A DNA stretch of 64,000 nucleotides from Selaginella moellendorffii (GCF_000143415.4 NW_003314262.1:6080771-6144770), one strand, 5' to 3'. Shown: positions 45,942-61,185, numbered from the stretch's first letter. Notes: a model not told the origin generated them from the letters alone. A program made the numbers and translations.

Positions 45942-47684
45942 CTAAATTGGGGCATGGCATTTGGGCGAGATATCAAAGAGATTTCTGGCCGCTCGCGCGC
46001 TGGCCGGGGAATCGCTCTGCACAGCTCCCGCGCCGAGGATCGTCGCCCACGCCACTGGATCGGGGCGGAATGGCATTCCCCTGAGGAGATTCTCGGCCTC
46101 CTGGAGCTGCCCGGATCGGCCCAGGATGTCGATCGCGCAGCTGAAGTGCTCGCGCGTCGGGGCGAGGTTGTGATCGCTGGCGAGGGACGCGAAGGAGCGG
46201 CAGCCCTGCTCGATCTTCCCCGTGTGGGCGAGCACGCTGAGCAACGGGATGAAGGAGAGTTCGTCCGGATTGGAACCCTCGAGCAGCATCGCGTGGAATG
46301 TGGCCAGGTCGTCGACGAGATTCCCAGACTGGGAATATGCCGCGAGCATGGAGTTCCATGTCACTGCTTGGACGAAGCACGAGCGTGGCATCTTCTCGAA
46401 GAAATTCCTTGCCTCACGAAGATTCCCTCCCCGTGACAATGCCACGAGGACCGCATTCCATGATACCTCGTTGCGGTCTGGCATATTCCCAAACAGGGCC
46501 ATGGAATCCCATAGATGCCCTGCCTGGGCATATGCGACGCACAGTGATGTCCACGTCACCACGTCTTTGTGAGGCATCGAATCAAAGATATTCCTGGCAT
46601 CTTGTAGATTTCCGTTGCTTGCAAACGCAGCTAGCATTGCGTTGTAGGCAGTGGTGTCCCACTCTGGCATGGAGTCGAATATGCATTTCGCATCTTCCAG
46701 ATGCCCATTCTGGGCGTGCGCTACCAGAAGGCTTGTCCAAGTGATCACATCTCGCTCCATGGCGTTGTCGAATATGCTTTTTGACTGGTGGATATCCCCC
46801 TGGTTTCCATAGCCAGCAATGAGGACATTAGACGATACTACGTTCCACTCAGCCATCGAGTTGTGAAAGATTCCTTGGGCATCCTGGAGATTCCCAGCCT
46901 CTATATGTAAGTGGATCATGGCCGTGCATGCGACCACATTCCACTCCGGCATGCTGAGAAAGATTCTCTTCGATTCCTCAAGATGCCCAAGAGTAGCATT
47001 TGCCTGCATCATGACCGTCCAGCTCACAGCATTTCTTTCGGGCATTTCTTGAAAGATCCTCCAAGCACCTAGTATATCCCCAGCGCTTGTGAATGCTGCC
47101 AGCATCACAGTCCAGGATACCACAGTCGTTTCCGGCATATTCTCAAAAAGCTTTATAGCTTTGGAATGATTCCCGTCATCGGCATATGCTTGGAGCAGAG
47201 CAGTCCAGGTGAGAACGTTTCTGCAGGGAATGAAATCAAACAATTTCTTAGATTCCTCAAGATCTTTAGCGCTGACATAGGCTGCAAGGATAGTGTTCCA
47301 CGACACGAGGTCTTTTTTCTCAGTGGAATCGAACACCCCTCGAGCGAGCTCCAGATGCCCATTCTCGGCATATGTCTTGATCATCATGTTGGCTGAGAAG
47401 ACGTTGGGTTTATGGATCCCTTGGAAGATCGCTACCGCCTCTTTCACTCTGCCACACTTCCCATACATCTCGATCAAGAGATTCGAAAGGAATGTGGAGC
47501 AGCAGTCGGCAACTTGCGCGTGAATTGCCTGCCCTCTCGACAAATCTCTAAGCCTCCCACATTCCTTGATCGAAGTTGCGATCCCAATCTCTTCTTTGAT
47601 TCGTGTGAGTTTTGCCCTAGAAAAACTCTCGAAAGATGTGGAGGGAGCAGATTCCATTAGTCCATTGGCCGTTCGATTGACCAT
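45942..47684 (-). CDS. PLS-class PPR protein with slightly truncated E domain
   Basis: Intronless PPR ORF (first ATG 47684); ends HFSCAIDILGRSG..SPKCHAPI*. Confidence 0.85.
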   Translation of the reverse strand: MVNRTANGLMESAPSTSFESFSRAKLTRIKEEIGIATSIKECGRLRDLSRGQAIHAQVADCCSTFLSNLLIEMYGKCGRVKEAVAIFQGIHKPNVFSANMMIKTYAENGHLELARGVFDSTEKKDLVSWNTILAAYVSAKDLEESKKLFDFIPCRNVLTWTALLQAYADDGNHSKAIKLFENMPETTVVSWTVMLAAFTSAGDILGAWRIFQEMPERNAVSWTVMMQANATLGHLEESKRIFLSMPEWNVVACTAMIHLHIEAGNLQDAQGIFHNSMAEWNVVSSNVLIAGYGNQGDIHQSKSIFDNAMERDVITWTSLLVAHAQNGHLEDAKCIFDSMPEWDTTAYNAMLAAFASNGNLQDARNIFDSMPHKDVVTWTSLCVAYAQAGHLWDSMALFGNMPDRNEVSWNAVLVALSRGGNLREARNFFEKMPRSCFVQAVTWNSMLAAYSQSGNLVDDLATFHAMLLEGSNPDELSFIPLLSVLAHTGKIEQGCRSFASLASDHNLAPTREHFSCAIDILGRSGQLQEAENLLRGMPFRPDPVAWATILGAGAVQSDSPASARAARNLFDISPKCHAPI

Positions 47685-48036
47685 ACGTCTATAATCGTGC
47701 CAAGTCACCTGGAAAAAGCCGCCGGCCGACCACGTGTCATATGCCAACAGGCGAGATGAAAGCGACACTCGGCGTAAAGGCCGGATAGGGTTTTTGAAAT
47801 TCTCGTTTTAGGGCAATGCGATGGCGCGTCGATGATCGTCACGATTTCGTGATATTCGCAGGGATCCAGGTGTGCTTCGCGATCTTCGCGATTTCTAGGT
47901 GCATGTAACCGGGCAGCGGGCATTTCGATCGATTCGTGTCGGGATCGAGCGGAGGACAGGATCGAGGGATTGTTGGCTCCTGAGATGCGAAATTCATGAG
48001 TTCTTCCGCTGGCCGCTGGGTTTTGGATCGGGCGCC

Positions 48037-50132
48037 ATGGCATCGCATCATCACGGGGATTTCTTGGAGAAGCCCTTGGCGCCGATTGTGGTCACGGCAT
48101 TGAACTCCAAGGAGCGAGCTGCGAGAGCTTCGATCGAGAAGGCCGAGGCCGAGAGGCGGTTGCGCGAGGCGGAGGCCCGGCTAAGAGAGGCGATCAAGGC
48201 GCTGAACAGGAGCCATGGGAAAGATCCGGAGGGGTCGCTGTACGATGGGAGGCATGCTCTTTGTCACCATGGAGACTCTTGCATCGCGAATGCGATTGGG
48301 AGCCTTTGCCAGAGCTTTCTTCTGGCGTATGGTGTGAGAGTTGGGATTGGCGTGCTGCTCAGGGCTTTCAAGCTTGCGAAGAGGAGACCCCATTACACAT
48401 TTCTCGATTTACAAGTAAGTGACGTCTTCGTTTTCTTCCGTGTTGATGGAAATACGCAGTTGCTATTGTCCGAGAAAAATCTTATTGTGAGGGAGGAAGC
48501 ATGCCGGACTGGTTTGCTCTTCGGTGGCTTCGCTGGAGCTTTCCATGGCATTCGATGCCTTCTACGGAGATTTCGAAACAAGGATACTCCGCTGAACGTG
48601 TAAGCGTCCGCCTTTTCTCTCTTGTGTTATCTAGCCTTACGTTCCCCACAGTTTTATAGCTGGAGCTTTTGCTGGGCTGTCTGTGCTCTCGCTGGATGAT
48701 CCTGCCAAAAGGCGGACTTTTGCTCTGTATTTGCTCGCAAGAGTTGCACAGGTACTAGCAGGTTTCATGATTTGGTTCCTTCGAAGTTTTCCTGAGATAA
48801 GACGCTTGCAGTGCACATACAACTCGGCAAAGGCGAAGGACAAGTTCCATTTTTGGGGAAGCCACTGGAAGCATGGCGATACTCTGCTGTTCTCCCTGGC
48901 TACCGCGCAGGTATAAGTTCCAATCTCACGCTAGTTTCCAGTCTCATTTTGAAATCTTTCAGATCATGTACGCGTACGTGATGAGGCCAGAAACTTTACC
49001 GGAATCCTACCTCGAGTTTATCATAAAGACTGGCCCCATTGCTAGGCCAGTTCTAAAAGCCGTGCGCGAGAGTTGCCGAGGTGGTCCAATCGACATAGCG
49101 GCTCTTTCAGCCTTTGTGGAAAGACGCACAGGTCAAGCTATCACGGGTTTGCAGCCTAATGCTCCTATCATACCTTGCTCGTGCGTCCACCCGGAATCTC
49201 CTTTTTGCTTCCAGCACAACATGAGAGCAATGCGCGCGACATTCAAGAAGACTTTCCCGCTGTATCTCTCTCTCACGTTCGTGCCGTTCGTGGTCTTGAA
49301 CGTCCAAAAGGTAACCTTTTTCTTTGCTTCTCTTTCCATCTCGTTTGTTCATTCCACTTGCTCTTGCAGTTCATGCAGGCACCAATGCACACATTCTGGA
49401 ACGCGCTCAAGAGCGCAGTGCGATCTACTTACTTCTTGTCCGCATTTGTTGGCATCTACCAGGTATGCTGTCTCTGGCATTACAGGTGATAGTAACTTAG
49501 CTCTGGCTTTTGGTCCCAGGGAATCATTTGTCTACAGCGAAAAGCCGTGACCAAAGACTTTAGATTCATCTACTGGTTCGCGGGAGCCATCGCGTCTCTG
49601 TCGGCAATGCTGGAGAAGAAAGGCCGGCGCTCTGAGCTAGCGCTGTATGTTCTTCCCCGAGCGGCGGATTCGCTGTGGTATATTTTGATAAACAGGCACT
49701 TGCTGCCTAACATCAAACACGCCGAAGTAAGCCTCTCTTTCTCCTCTAGTGTTTCCTTGGATTCTCACAAACTTGACTTGTATTTCTCTCTCCTTGAAAC
49801 AGGTAGCACTGTTTTGTTTGTGCATGGGCGGGCTCATGTACTACCATGAACACGAGCCGGACACCATGGCTCCATTTTTGCGGGGCTTGATACGGCGCTT
49901 CTTGAACAGGACTGGGGGGATGGACCAGCCTCCCGTGTTAAGCACCGCTTATCCTTATTTTCTTCCACTGGACGTTCCTTCCTCCGCCATCGCCATCGAG
50001 GACGGGCGCAACCATTTGCGTTTACATCTCAACCATCAGCATCAGCATCAGCAGCCGCCGTTGCGGGACGGGGTCGTCAACGGCGAAGATCCGCTCGAAA
50101 GGCTGCAAGCCGAGGCCTTCAAGGGACTGTAA
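48037..50132 (+). CDS. Transmembrane protein 135-like (TMEM135 family), multi-exon
   Basis: LCQSFLLAYGVRVGIGVLLR, REEACRTGLLFGGF, QIMYAYVMRPETLP, LEKKGRRSELALYVLPRA; short GT-AG introns. Confidence 0.85.
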
Positions 50133-51536
50133 GAGAGCTCTACTTTCTTCTTTTTGGTTCCTTCTCCTTGTCAAGCAAGGATCGTCGTTCCGAGCATTAG
50201 ACAACTTCCCGAAAACTTAGGAGAGCGACTCATGGCGTCCCTGAGGCATTTTGGAATCTCAAGCTTGCGATTTATTAAGTATTTTGGGTTGAGGACAAAC
50301 TATAGGATATAGTATTTCTCTCTGCATGTTGCATCCTACATCAACGGAGACATTCCCAGAAACGCCCACATCTCAAGATGGCTATTGCCGGAGCAGTGCC
50401 AGGACTCAAACGTCAAAGAGTGCGGAGGCCTAGGTGTTTAGTGACAAAGTCAACAACAGTCAATTAAGTCAATACGATGTTTACCAATATGAAAATCGAA
50501 GAGCTCAAAGGTTAGGCGAATGAGCAGGCGATCGAGGAGGTGCAGGGCAAGCACTTCGGAGAGGGTATGGCGCTCGCGTGAGAGAAGAAGAGAAGGAAGG
50601 AAAGCTCGCCTCGATGCAATAACGATGCAAGACATGGCACAAGCAAGCCGAAGGGAGGGAAGAACTACCGCTGTACAAGCCTATTGATCCAGCGGCAAGT
50701 AATGTGATTGTCAAGCCCAAGCGCCAAGGCTCAAACGTCTGCCGAGTCATGAGCAGGTTCCACGACTCGGAGTCCTTTGAAAAACACTTCGGTTTCGCTT
50801 CTCTTTTCCAGAGTTCTCCTTCACAACTTTTGTTTCTTTCTTCCTCGAAATCCGGTTGCAGCAAGCCTCCAATGCGGTACCGATACGTACGACTACAACT
50901 CACCGTCCAGCGAGGAAGACAGTCGCTAGCTCTTCTTCGTGACTTTAAATTTCATAGTCAACTGGAGCTCTGCGGGTAAAGTAGAGATTTGGAACTAAGA
51001 CTTTCTTTTGGACGAATGGACCCCAAGAGGAAACATTCCATTGTTGCCACCATGGAATGAGAGAAACGAGGAAGAACTGTCCTTGATATGAGACGGAGAG
51101 GGTTTATAAAGAGGGATCTAGCACCTCTAGACTTTGCATGGCCTTTCTCATCCATCCATCGATACATTTGAAACTATCAACATTAACTTGGAAAAAGCAA
51201 AGATCTATCAGAAGGCTGCCTTACATGTAAATTGGTTCACTTCAAGAAGATTAGGAAGTGATTCTTCTTAGTTGTTGGCATTGGCAGTGAAGATGGAGCT
51301 CGACTCTATGGCGATCAGGCACTAAATGGAATAAAAAGCTTGGATTTGCTTGGGTGATAAAGATATGTATGCACTTGGCCTTCGAGTAAAATGACACAGC
51401 TCTCGGAACATTTGCCTCTAAAGGGCATTATGTGATTGGGAGATGACCAAGGAATCTAGAATTTTTTTATTTTTTGTTTTTTCGTTTTTCCTGGAAAGGA
51501 TGGTTCTTGTCTGGAAAATAAAGAGGACGAAGTCAA

Positions 51537-54500
51537 TCAGCAGCATCGCTTCTCGACGAAAACCGCGGTTGTTCGTTTGGGAATAGCGAAGGTTCCATTG
51601 TCGCAACTGGAGGCCTTGACGAGCTCGTCTTGGGAAGCGGCCTGTTTGGAGGAAGCCAGAGTTAGTTCCTTTCTTTCCAGGCGAAGAATATAGGCAGTGC
51701 GTTACCTGGACGGGGTGGAGTTCTAGTTTGAAGCCTCTCAAGAGGCCAACTTTGAGGATTCCCTCGTCCGGACGAGCATTGATTACGACGACGATGATCC
51801 GAAAGCTGCCAGAGAATAAGTTAGAGAGATCCCAAAGCTCCTTACAGAGAGAGAGAGAGAGAGCATACATGGAGTCGATCTGGAGGAGTCCAGGCTCTCC
51901 TTCATCGCCATCATGAATGCTCATGACTATAATCCCGGGAATTGCCGCAGGGCCGGTGTTGTGGAACTGCAGTCTAGCCTGGAAGAACCCCGATAGTAAT
52001 TGAGTGTTTGTGTGAAACTGCAGCGTGCTTACCTGGATGGCGTTGACGGTTTTCAGTCGAAAGAGTGGGGACGAGAATCTGATCTTAAGCAGATCTTGGA
52101 AGTTTGCTACGGCCGCGAGAATGTGATCCTTGCTCGGTCTCAATGACTCGTTACCTAGAAGCTTTCTCATGCTGAGAAAGGAAGCTTGTGTCAGCCTATG
52201 AGAGACGAGTAAAGCAGCGAGGCGAGCTTACATTGGCCATTTTTCTCCGTTTTTGCTTTTCGGTGGCAATCCGACTCCCCAGTTGTTTGTTTCATACGAA
52301 AAATCAAGCCTGGAAATGCCAAATGAGAGCAGAACTTTGCTTCACTGCGCCAGACCTATTGAACCAGTCTCCCGAATTGTAAGAATCGCGATCAAGTGAC
52401 TTCGAGCGAAGCATATCCTCTCCAGCATGGAAGAAAGGAATTGCCTGATTGACATGGTTAAGCGAAATAACATAAATCAAAAGCTATCTACCTGTGACAA
52501 TGCAACTATGCTCGAAGCGAGATGATTGACACGACAGCGATCCTCCAAGCTCACACTTTCCGCCACCTATGAAAAAGACGATAAGTACAAAAGGAAGCCT
52601 TTACACAAACACAAACCTTCATCATGATGATGTCAAAGAGAGTTTCATTGTCATGAGCAGAGACATAGTTAATCTACAAAATGCAAAATCAGTAGGCAAA
52701 CAGAAATACATTTATCAAGCATACTATTTCAGTTGGAGACGCAGCGTAGGCAACGGGTTTACCATCGTGCGTCAAAACCTCACACCCTTTAACCTGTGAA
52801 AGAGATCTTGGTTTCTTTTCCACGAGAGAGCCACAAAAATAGTTACCTCTCTACCCTCAAAATCCACGAAAACGTAGTCTCTTAAATTTCCGGCCAATCC
52901 AAGCTGTAAGAAAACATGAGCTCTTGAAGTCCATTTTGAGCAAGCTTACGATTATCCTATCTTTGCCGCGAGCCAAATTCTTGGCCATGTTCTCTTCATC
53001 GCCTTGAGGTAAACTGTTTGGCTAGAAAATGCAAATGCAGGTCAGAAAGAAACAAAAAAAAAAAAAAAGAAAACACAAGAGGCACCTGCAAAGAAAGGCC
53101 TGTGAATATTCCTTGCTCGAGAGGATCACCGAAAGGAGATCCACCAATAGCCGAATCTCGCATTCGATCGTTAAAACTGCCACTCTGATATTGTAAGAAC
53201 ACACTTCAAACAAAAAGACATTGCGTCACCTGCCGATTTGACTTCCTGGCAGGTTAAGTTGCGTTGCATTAACACCTCGTCCATTTCCGTAAACCTCTCC
53301 AAAATCCCAGCCTTCTCCGTATCTGAAAACGAACAGGGCTTACAATTATGCCAAAAGCAAAGGCACGAAACCGCACAAGTAAATTTTAGATCCATCCACA
53401 CCGTCTTTCTCTTCAGTTAAACTCTGAACTGCAGTTTTAGCTCGCATCTGAAACAAGATATTAGTCCAACTTCCAAACTGGCACGAGATGCAAACCATAG
53501 TTCTTTTCATGATATGTCCCATAAGGTCGAACCTGAACCCGTCCACCTAGCATCGATCAAGGCGACGGTAAGAATAAACGAAAGACAGATTCCAGACCTT
53601 ATACTGTGTCGCCCACATCAGCAGGTCATCAACTATCAACCGGTCGACCATGTAAAACTCGCTCGCAGTATTGTTCATGCATGTACTGTTTTCAATGACT
53701 CCGTCTTTGTTTCGACGAAGATAATATCCGGGAACAACCTACATTTGATTCAAAGAGTGAAAATTAGTGCCAGCAGATTTAAAAGCTTACTTTATCCAGA
53801 ACAGAGAGATGATCCGAAGGACCATTTCCGTGCAAATGGTTGTACACAACGTCCAAGACAACTCGCAGGCCCAGGCGATTTATCGACTGATAGAAATATC
53901 CGTTAGTTCAGAAAAGTCACGAGCATTAACAATTACCTGGACCATTGACCGAAATTCAAATGTTCTGCAGGGTCCGTTTGGATCCGTGGAGTAGCTTCCG
54001 TCGGGAACACCCCAATTGACGGGGTCGTATCTGCACCATTTAAAAAGCAAACATTTACTTTCTAGTTCCTGGGAAAAGGTACCCCCAATTAAATCCATCT
54101 TCGTTTTGTATAGCTACAACAGCCTCCTGTTGTTCTTCGGAATCTGGTGGAAGTCCCTCCAGTCTGTCGTAATCTAGCAATAATGAAGTTGCTGTGCTTA
54201 GACCCCAAGGTAATTTTGATATGAAGCGTTTACCAAGCGTCTTCCATTTTTCCTTGACTTCATTAACACTTCCGAAGTCAAAACTAGGAAGAAGGTGTAC
54301 ATGAGTGAGACCTGCCTCAGCTAAACTCCTCAGGTGCCTCACTCCAGCAGATTCCTGCGACACGCCAGCCACATGAACAAAAGCAATACTTTGAATCTGT
54401 ACAAACCATTTCAGAAAATGCTAGAAACGTTCCTCGTAGATTTTCAGGTACTGTTTGGTCTCTTGCACTGAAACGACAGAGAAAATAAATATAATGCCCA

Positions 54501-56251
54501 CCTCTAAAAGGTACAGACAAAAAATTACCTGAAGTCCCGTATGTGAAGCTCGTAAATGGCCATGTCATTGAAACAATGAAGCATGGGCTTTTCAGATGAG
54601 AGACGATCCCAGTTTTCAGGATTATGGTCAGAAAGATCGATAACGAGAGATCGTTCTCCATTAGCAGACAAGCTGAGCAAACATCACAACTTAAGAAAAA
54701 AAACAAGTCTCTACGAGGACAGACTTACCCTCTCGAGTAGGGATCGTTTGCGAGGCAAATTTCAACTTGTAATGTGGACGGATGAAAGACAGTCACCTCA
54801 TACAAATAATATTTGCCAACCCAGTCTTTCGGTCCCGATGCAGTCCAAACGTTATGTTTCTCGTCAAGCTGAATAACGGCCTCAGGTTCTCCTCCTGAGG
54901 GTTCTGTGTACAGAAAAAGACGGACATTCTGAAGGCAAAACTTCGTAAACTTGAACTTGAGAGAAACAAACCTGAGCAGTGGGAGCCCAAATACTGAAAG
55001 TACACTCTGTTTCGGAGAATGTCACTCCCAGTGGACCATCATAACGCAAGACATCATCGAGTACACTAGGAAGCTGTACTCCAGATGCATCAATAGGGGC
55101 TCCATAAGCTGTACTCATATATTGAACAAAGATATGATTCTTCATGTGCGCTTACCATTACTTGCCCCTACTGCCAATTGACATTTGATAAGTTTCTTCC
55201 AGTCCGCGTCACGAGGTAGCCGTAGAGCATGATAGCCAGAAATATGTGGGAGCCTTTCCAGCACCTGCAAAGGTCGAATTGGTAATTTCGCGCCACAAGC
55301 AATACGAGTTTACCTCGGCCGGAAGATCATGCGTGTCAACTTCCAGCTGAATTATAGTGTCGGCACCTAAAGCCAGCAAGCAATTCAGAACCGAATATCG
55401 GGACAATTACATTCCACCTTCTATGCCTCGCCCAGTAAGTTGTAGTTGTGCGTGTTGGCTTGCATGTAAGAAGAAGCTTCCATCTTGTGCATCCACATTC
55501 CAGGCCAGCAAGTCCTTATTTACCCAGAAAGCTCTTGCAAGATTCAAATTCCCCTGGAAGAACAGAAAAAACAGTAGCATCGAGCTCGAATAAAATCACT
55601 ACTAATCGGACCTGAGGTAAGTTATCAAGGTCCGGTTCATCGTAAAACATTGTGGGCCGCTCCGACACAATCCACGCAGCCTTGTGTTGAGAATTCATCG
55701 AGCCAGTACCATCCTAATGGCAGCAGAAGAATGCCTGCATATCAGTATTAGGCAAAATGCCAGAAAAACTTCTACCACAGCCATCTACCTGTCTATCTCC
55801 ACGATGAATGATGAAGTTGATGTTTTCGACTCCTTGGCCGATCAAATCCCAGTAGACTCCAAACTTGTCCGATCCCGATGGAGATAAAGGCTTCTCCCAT
55901 TTTGTGGCAATCTCCGGACTTCCCCAGACATGAAGTCCCCATTCGTCATACTTTCCATCGTTCCTACACAACAGAGTAAAGATTAGCACGAAAGTTTTAA
56001 GACAATGCTACAGAGATGTGCCTGTGATAGTGAATCCTCCGCGATTGCGGCCCTGAATCCGCCACAGCTCTCGCCCGCCACAGCCTTGTTCTCCTCGCGG
56101 TGGCGAGGCAATGCATCCTCGTGGCGAAATATTGCGCGCGCAGCGATTTTCGCAGCGCTGATCCACGGCATTGCACAGGCGCCAGGGCGCGCGAGTCGCG
56201 AATCTCATCGGCGCAGCGTACCTGGAGAATGCCGCTCGCCGCCAGCGCCAT
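51537..56251 (-). CDS. PU1: Pullulanase / limit dextrinase (GH13), many exons, plastid transit peptide
   Basis: [85 protein letters not shown]-like, [11 protein letters not shown]. Confidence 0.93.
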
Positions 56252-56521
56252 CGATCGATCGATCGAAAGATGGGATGAAATGATAGGCGCAAGCCCTTGC
56301 CCGTGACAAGAAAAAAACAAAGAGCGCCACTTGGCAAGCTCACAGTAGGCCACGAAACAACATACTACCAACCAATACCTTTGCCTTTACAACAATCTTA
56401 CAAGTATGATAAAACTTTGGCTAGAGCTTTCCAGTTCCTCCCTGTACACTCCTCCCGAAACAAAAAATCTTTCCTCCATAGCTCGATCATATCGTTGCGT
56501 TTGGAAGCAAAAACGCGTCTC

Positions 56522-58393
56522 TTATTTTCTCCTGGAATCGCATCCAAAAAATCGTTCTTTTAGCGAGTTTGTAGCTTCAAGCAACGTAAATCTTACCTCG
56601 ATTCCACACAGTGGAACAATTCCCAGGTGCATTTTCTTGAAGTCCAGAGTGGAAGCATCGTCTGCCGCTCTCAAGGGACCGCGTCTCTTTAGCAATTCCA
56701 CCTCGGCCACAAACATGGCAGTCACTGGCCTGTGGTCCGAGAAAGTGTATTCTGTCCGATAGTAATTGATTTGTCTAAGTCCTTTTCCCTTCCACAGTAC
56801 TCGATCGCACCTATTCGTTAGAGAATTCTTAGCAAGCGTGTTGACTCACAAAACTTATATGCCTACCAGGCTGGTGTTCTTTGTTTCTCTCCGCCGTTCG
56901 AATACTCGGTGGAGTTTGCTTTGTACTTGTAAGTCGGAGCAAACTCGATTGCTCCTTCCTGCCATCCATGAAAAACTCCACCCACGCTTTGGGCAAGCTT
57001 GAGCTGGAGGGAAAAAATCAGTCCTTGATTGGAAGCATGTCTACTTCAGAGTAAAGTACCTGATCTTTTTGTAGAAGCGCACTCCAGTTTTCGCTGTCCA
57101 AAAGAGTTTTGGTCTCTCCGTTTGACAATGACAGCCGGTAGTTTAAGTCGCCCAGCCATAGAACTCGACTGCAGGATTACGAAGATCTTTGAGAAACGAT
57201 TGAAGGCAAGAATGCGAACGTACTCGTGAGCGAGAATGCTTGCTGGAGAGCCGTCATCTGACTTCGAGAAAGTAGTTCGTCTTAAGATTTCAATGACATC
57301 TGAATGCCTGCGGAGTTCATCGCCTTCTCTCTCGCCAGATGTCAAGTGCGTGCACACAAAGCAAAAGCTTGTCTGATCAAAGTTCATGCTCACAGCAACA
57401 GACCCCTGTAAGAGACTTTAGTGCGACCAAAGAAAACATGCTGGAGACGCTACCTTGTTGCCGTAGTAGCCCATTAGGCCGCATCCAACACAGGAAACTT
57501 TAACATTGTGGATATACTGCCGCAAGTCTTTCCGAACCCAAACGGTGATGAAGATCCCGACCATTTGCTTGCTTATCATACGGACGTAGGATGTTTTACT
57601 CTGTGTCGAGCTTCCAAATTCCAGCTCTGAACTGCTGTGTGCCTTCTTGTGCTTGTTGAAGTTCTCAGGCTGTGATGTTTCCGTGTGATCAGGACTGGCT
57701 TCGGAGTTATCGTCAACACCTTCCCTCCAGGGCGACGAAGGAGCGCTTTTTGTTTGTCTCCGGTCTCCATTAAGTGTCCGCCGGATGATAGCTTCCCACT
57801 TGGTAGCGGGTCCTTCGTCTTCGGCGCCTAGGACATTTCCAGGATTCAGAGGGACGATCTCTTGAAACCTGCGAGCCAACTCCGTAAGAAAGCTCTTCAT
57901 CGATAAGCAAAACACATACCCGACCACATAGATGTCAACTGCATCCTTAACAAGGAGCCATTCGCTTAAATCAATGTCGTCGGCAGGAGGCTTCCCAGCA
58001 ACGTTCCAAGTTCCGGCAAAAACACTTTTGAAGCTTAAGAATGCAAGCAAGCACATAGAATCAATCAAAGGACTACCTAAAGTTCTGGTTGTAGGTGAAG
58101 TGCGTGTGAGATATCCCCGACTCAGAGTATCTTCGAAAGACCTTTCTGTTCCTCACTGCAATAACAGAGGAGCGTCAGAAAGATCTCGGCACAAAACCAT
58201 CGCACCTGAATTGTCCTCGTCCTCGTCTGCACTGAACACGTTGGCGTCAGCTCCCAAGTTGAAGAGCTTCTTCACTGCCGATGTTGGCCAGAACGACTGC
58301 ACAAAAACTAGCACCGTGTCACACACGAAAATTCACGGATTTGATAAGCACCTCAGACCGCCTGCTGCTACTCCTTTCCATTGCCGTTGGCAT
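56522..58393 (-). CDS. Inositol polyphosphate 5-phosphatase (CVP2/IP5P-like), multi-exon
   Basis: [71 protein letters not shown]. Confidence 0.9.
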
Positions 58394-59897
58394 AGATGCC
58401 TGCAAAAAAACGCTACACTCGCTTAGAAACGCATCAGAGAAGTAGCGAGAGAGCCAGGACAAAAGCGTTTTAAGAACTCAAGAGGCACCAAACATACCAA
58501 TTGATTCAATTGCCGGTGGAAGGATGATTCCTGTGAGATCTCACCAGAAGCAATCGAGGGACAGACTCAAAATGACGAGAGTGTAACGTTCAACAGTTGG
58601 AGTTTGAAGGCAAGCATTTGATTCTATAGCCAATGGAAGGAGCAGGAATGATGCTGGTTGGTTGGCCTGCTACACGAGAGAGAGGAAAGAAAAATGGGAA
58701 TCTCGGCACCGGCCCGAGTAGCTTGCCTTGAAAGTTGCAAAAAAGGAAACGCGTATGGAGGAGAGCTAGCCGCGCCAAAAAATTATATTTTATCCCCAGG
58801 AGTACCTTAAGCAAATCTAAAGGAGCTCTCTGGATCCCTTACCAGTGAAGCAAAAAAGCGAAAACTCGCCAAAAGAAACACACTCCAAAGAGACCACCAC
58901 CGCCTTCTAACGACAACATTTCCAAAAAGACTTGGAACAGTTCCAAGCTCCAGTCATAATGCTGTCTTAGAAAAAAAGATTTGTCGCGACTGACCGACGC
59001 ACACTAATCCAGCGAGGACATCTCAACTTAAACACTCCACAATCCCAGCGGAAAAAAACAATCCCCAAAGGAAAAGGAATGATCTAGAAACCACAGCGCA
59101 ATCGCTCGATGGATTTCTAGGAGAAGACCTACCCGCTGACGATCCGCGCTGTGCCACGGCTCCTCGCAGCGCCACACGCCCTCGCCTTCGTGGGGTCCTC
59201 CATGGGCCCCCAGTTCGAATGCCGCAAGAGACCTAGATCGGACGGCCCCGCGACGTCAGCGCTCCATAGCCGTTGGGGGCCCATCCAACGGTCGGATTCA
59301 TCACGTGCACAAACACAATCTCTGGCCGTCCATGGGCGCCACGTCCTTCCACTCACCAAAGCGATTTAAACATATATATCCAAATGGAACATCGCTGTCC
59401 CAGGCTTGATTGTCTGCCCCCCTTTTAGCGGCTAGCCAGGGTTCGATTCCTGTGGCTGGATTGGACTCCATTGTCTTTACCTTTTGGGTCGCTATTGTGC
59501 TCCTCGCCAGCGTCATTGCGAGTGTACGTAACGCGAGAGAAAATTCCAGCGAACTTCGGGGGTTATCCGTACGCCCGCATTAGCGCTAACAATTCTTGCC
59601 CCTCTACTGTTTAATCTTACTTTAGCAAACTAAGCAAATCCTCGTTGTCCTTTGTGTGTACTAGAGCTGGCTACGTTCCACATTGAGAGTGGGTAACAGG
59701 ATGGCAAAGCGTCTTGTGGATAGACTGGAATCATTGTATTTTTTGTTTCGGCTGGCATGTCATATCGTACGGCTCGTGGACGCCACTGGCTGTGATGACA
59801 TGGCCAGCGGAAAAGCGCGGGAAACGGGTGCCCTAGAATGTTAGGGCTCGTGTCTCCTGCCAGTGCCCCTGTGCTCTTGGCCGCGGCGGCGAGGAGG

Positions 59898-61185
<1,288 letters not shown>

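Noticed and set aside
50505-50903. 132-aa minus-strand ORF with a hydrophobic segment
   Set aside because: Could be an exon of a small gene, but no diagnostic motif or supported gene model
59391-59465. tRNA-like B-box GGGTTCGATTCC in a short hairpin
   Set aside because: No acceptor stem, D-arm or anticodon arm can be folded; no match to snRNA or 7SL 5' sequences I know
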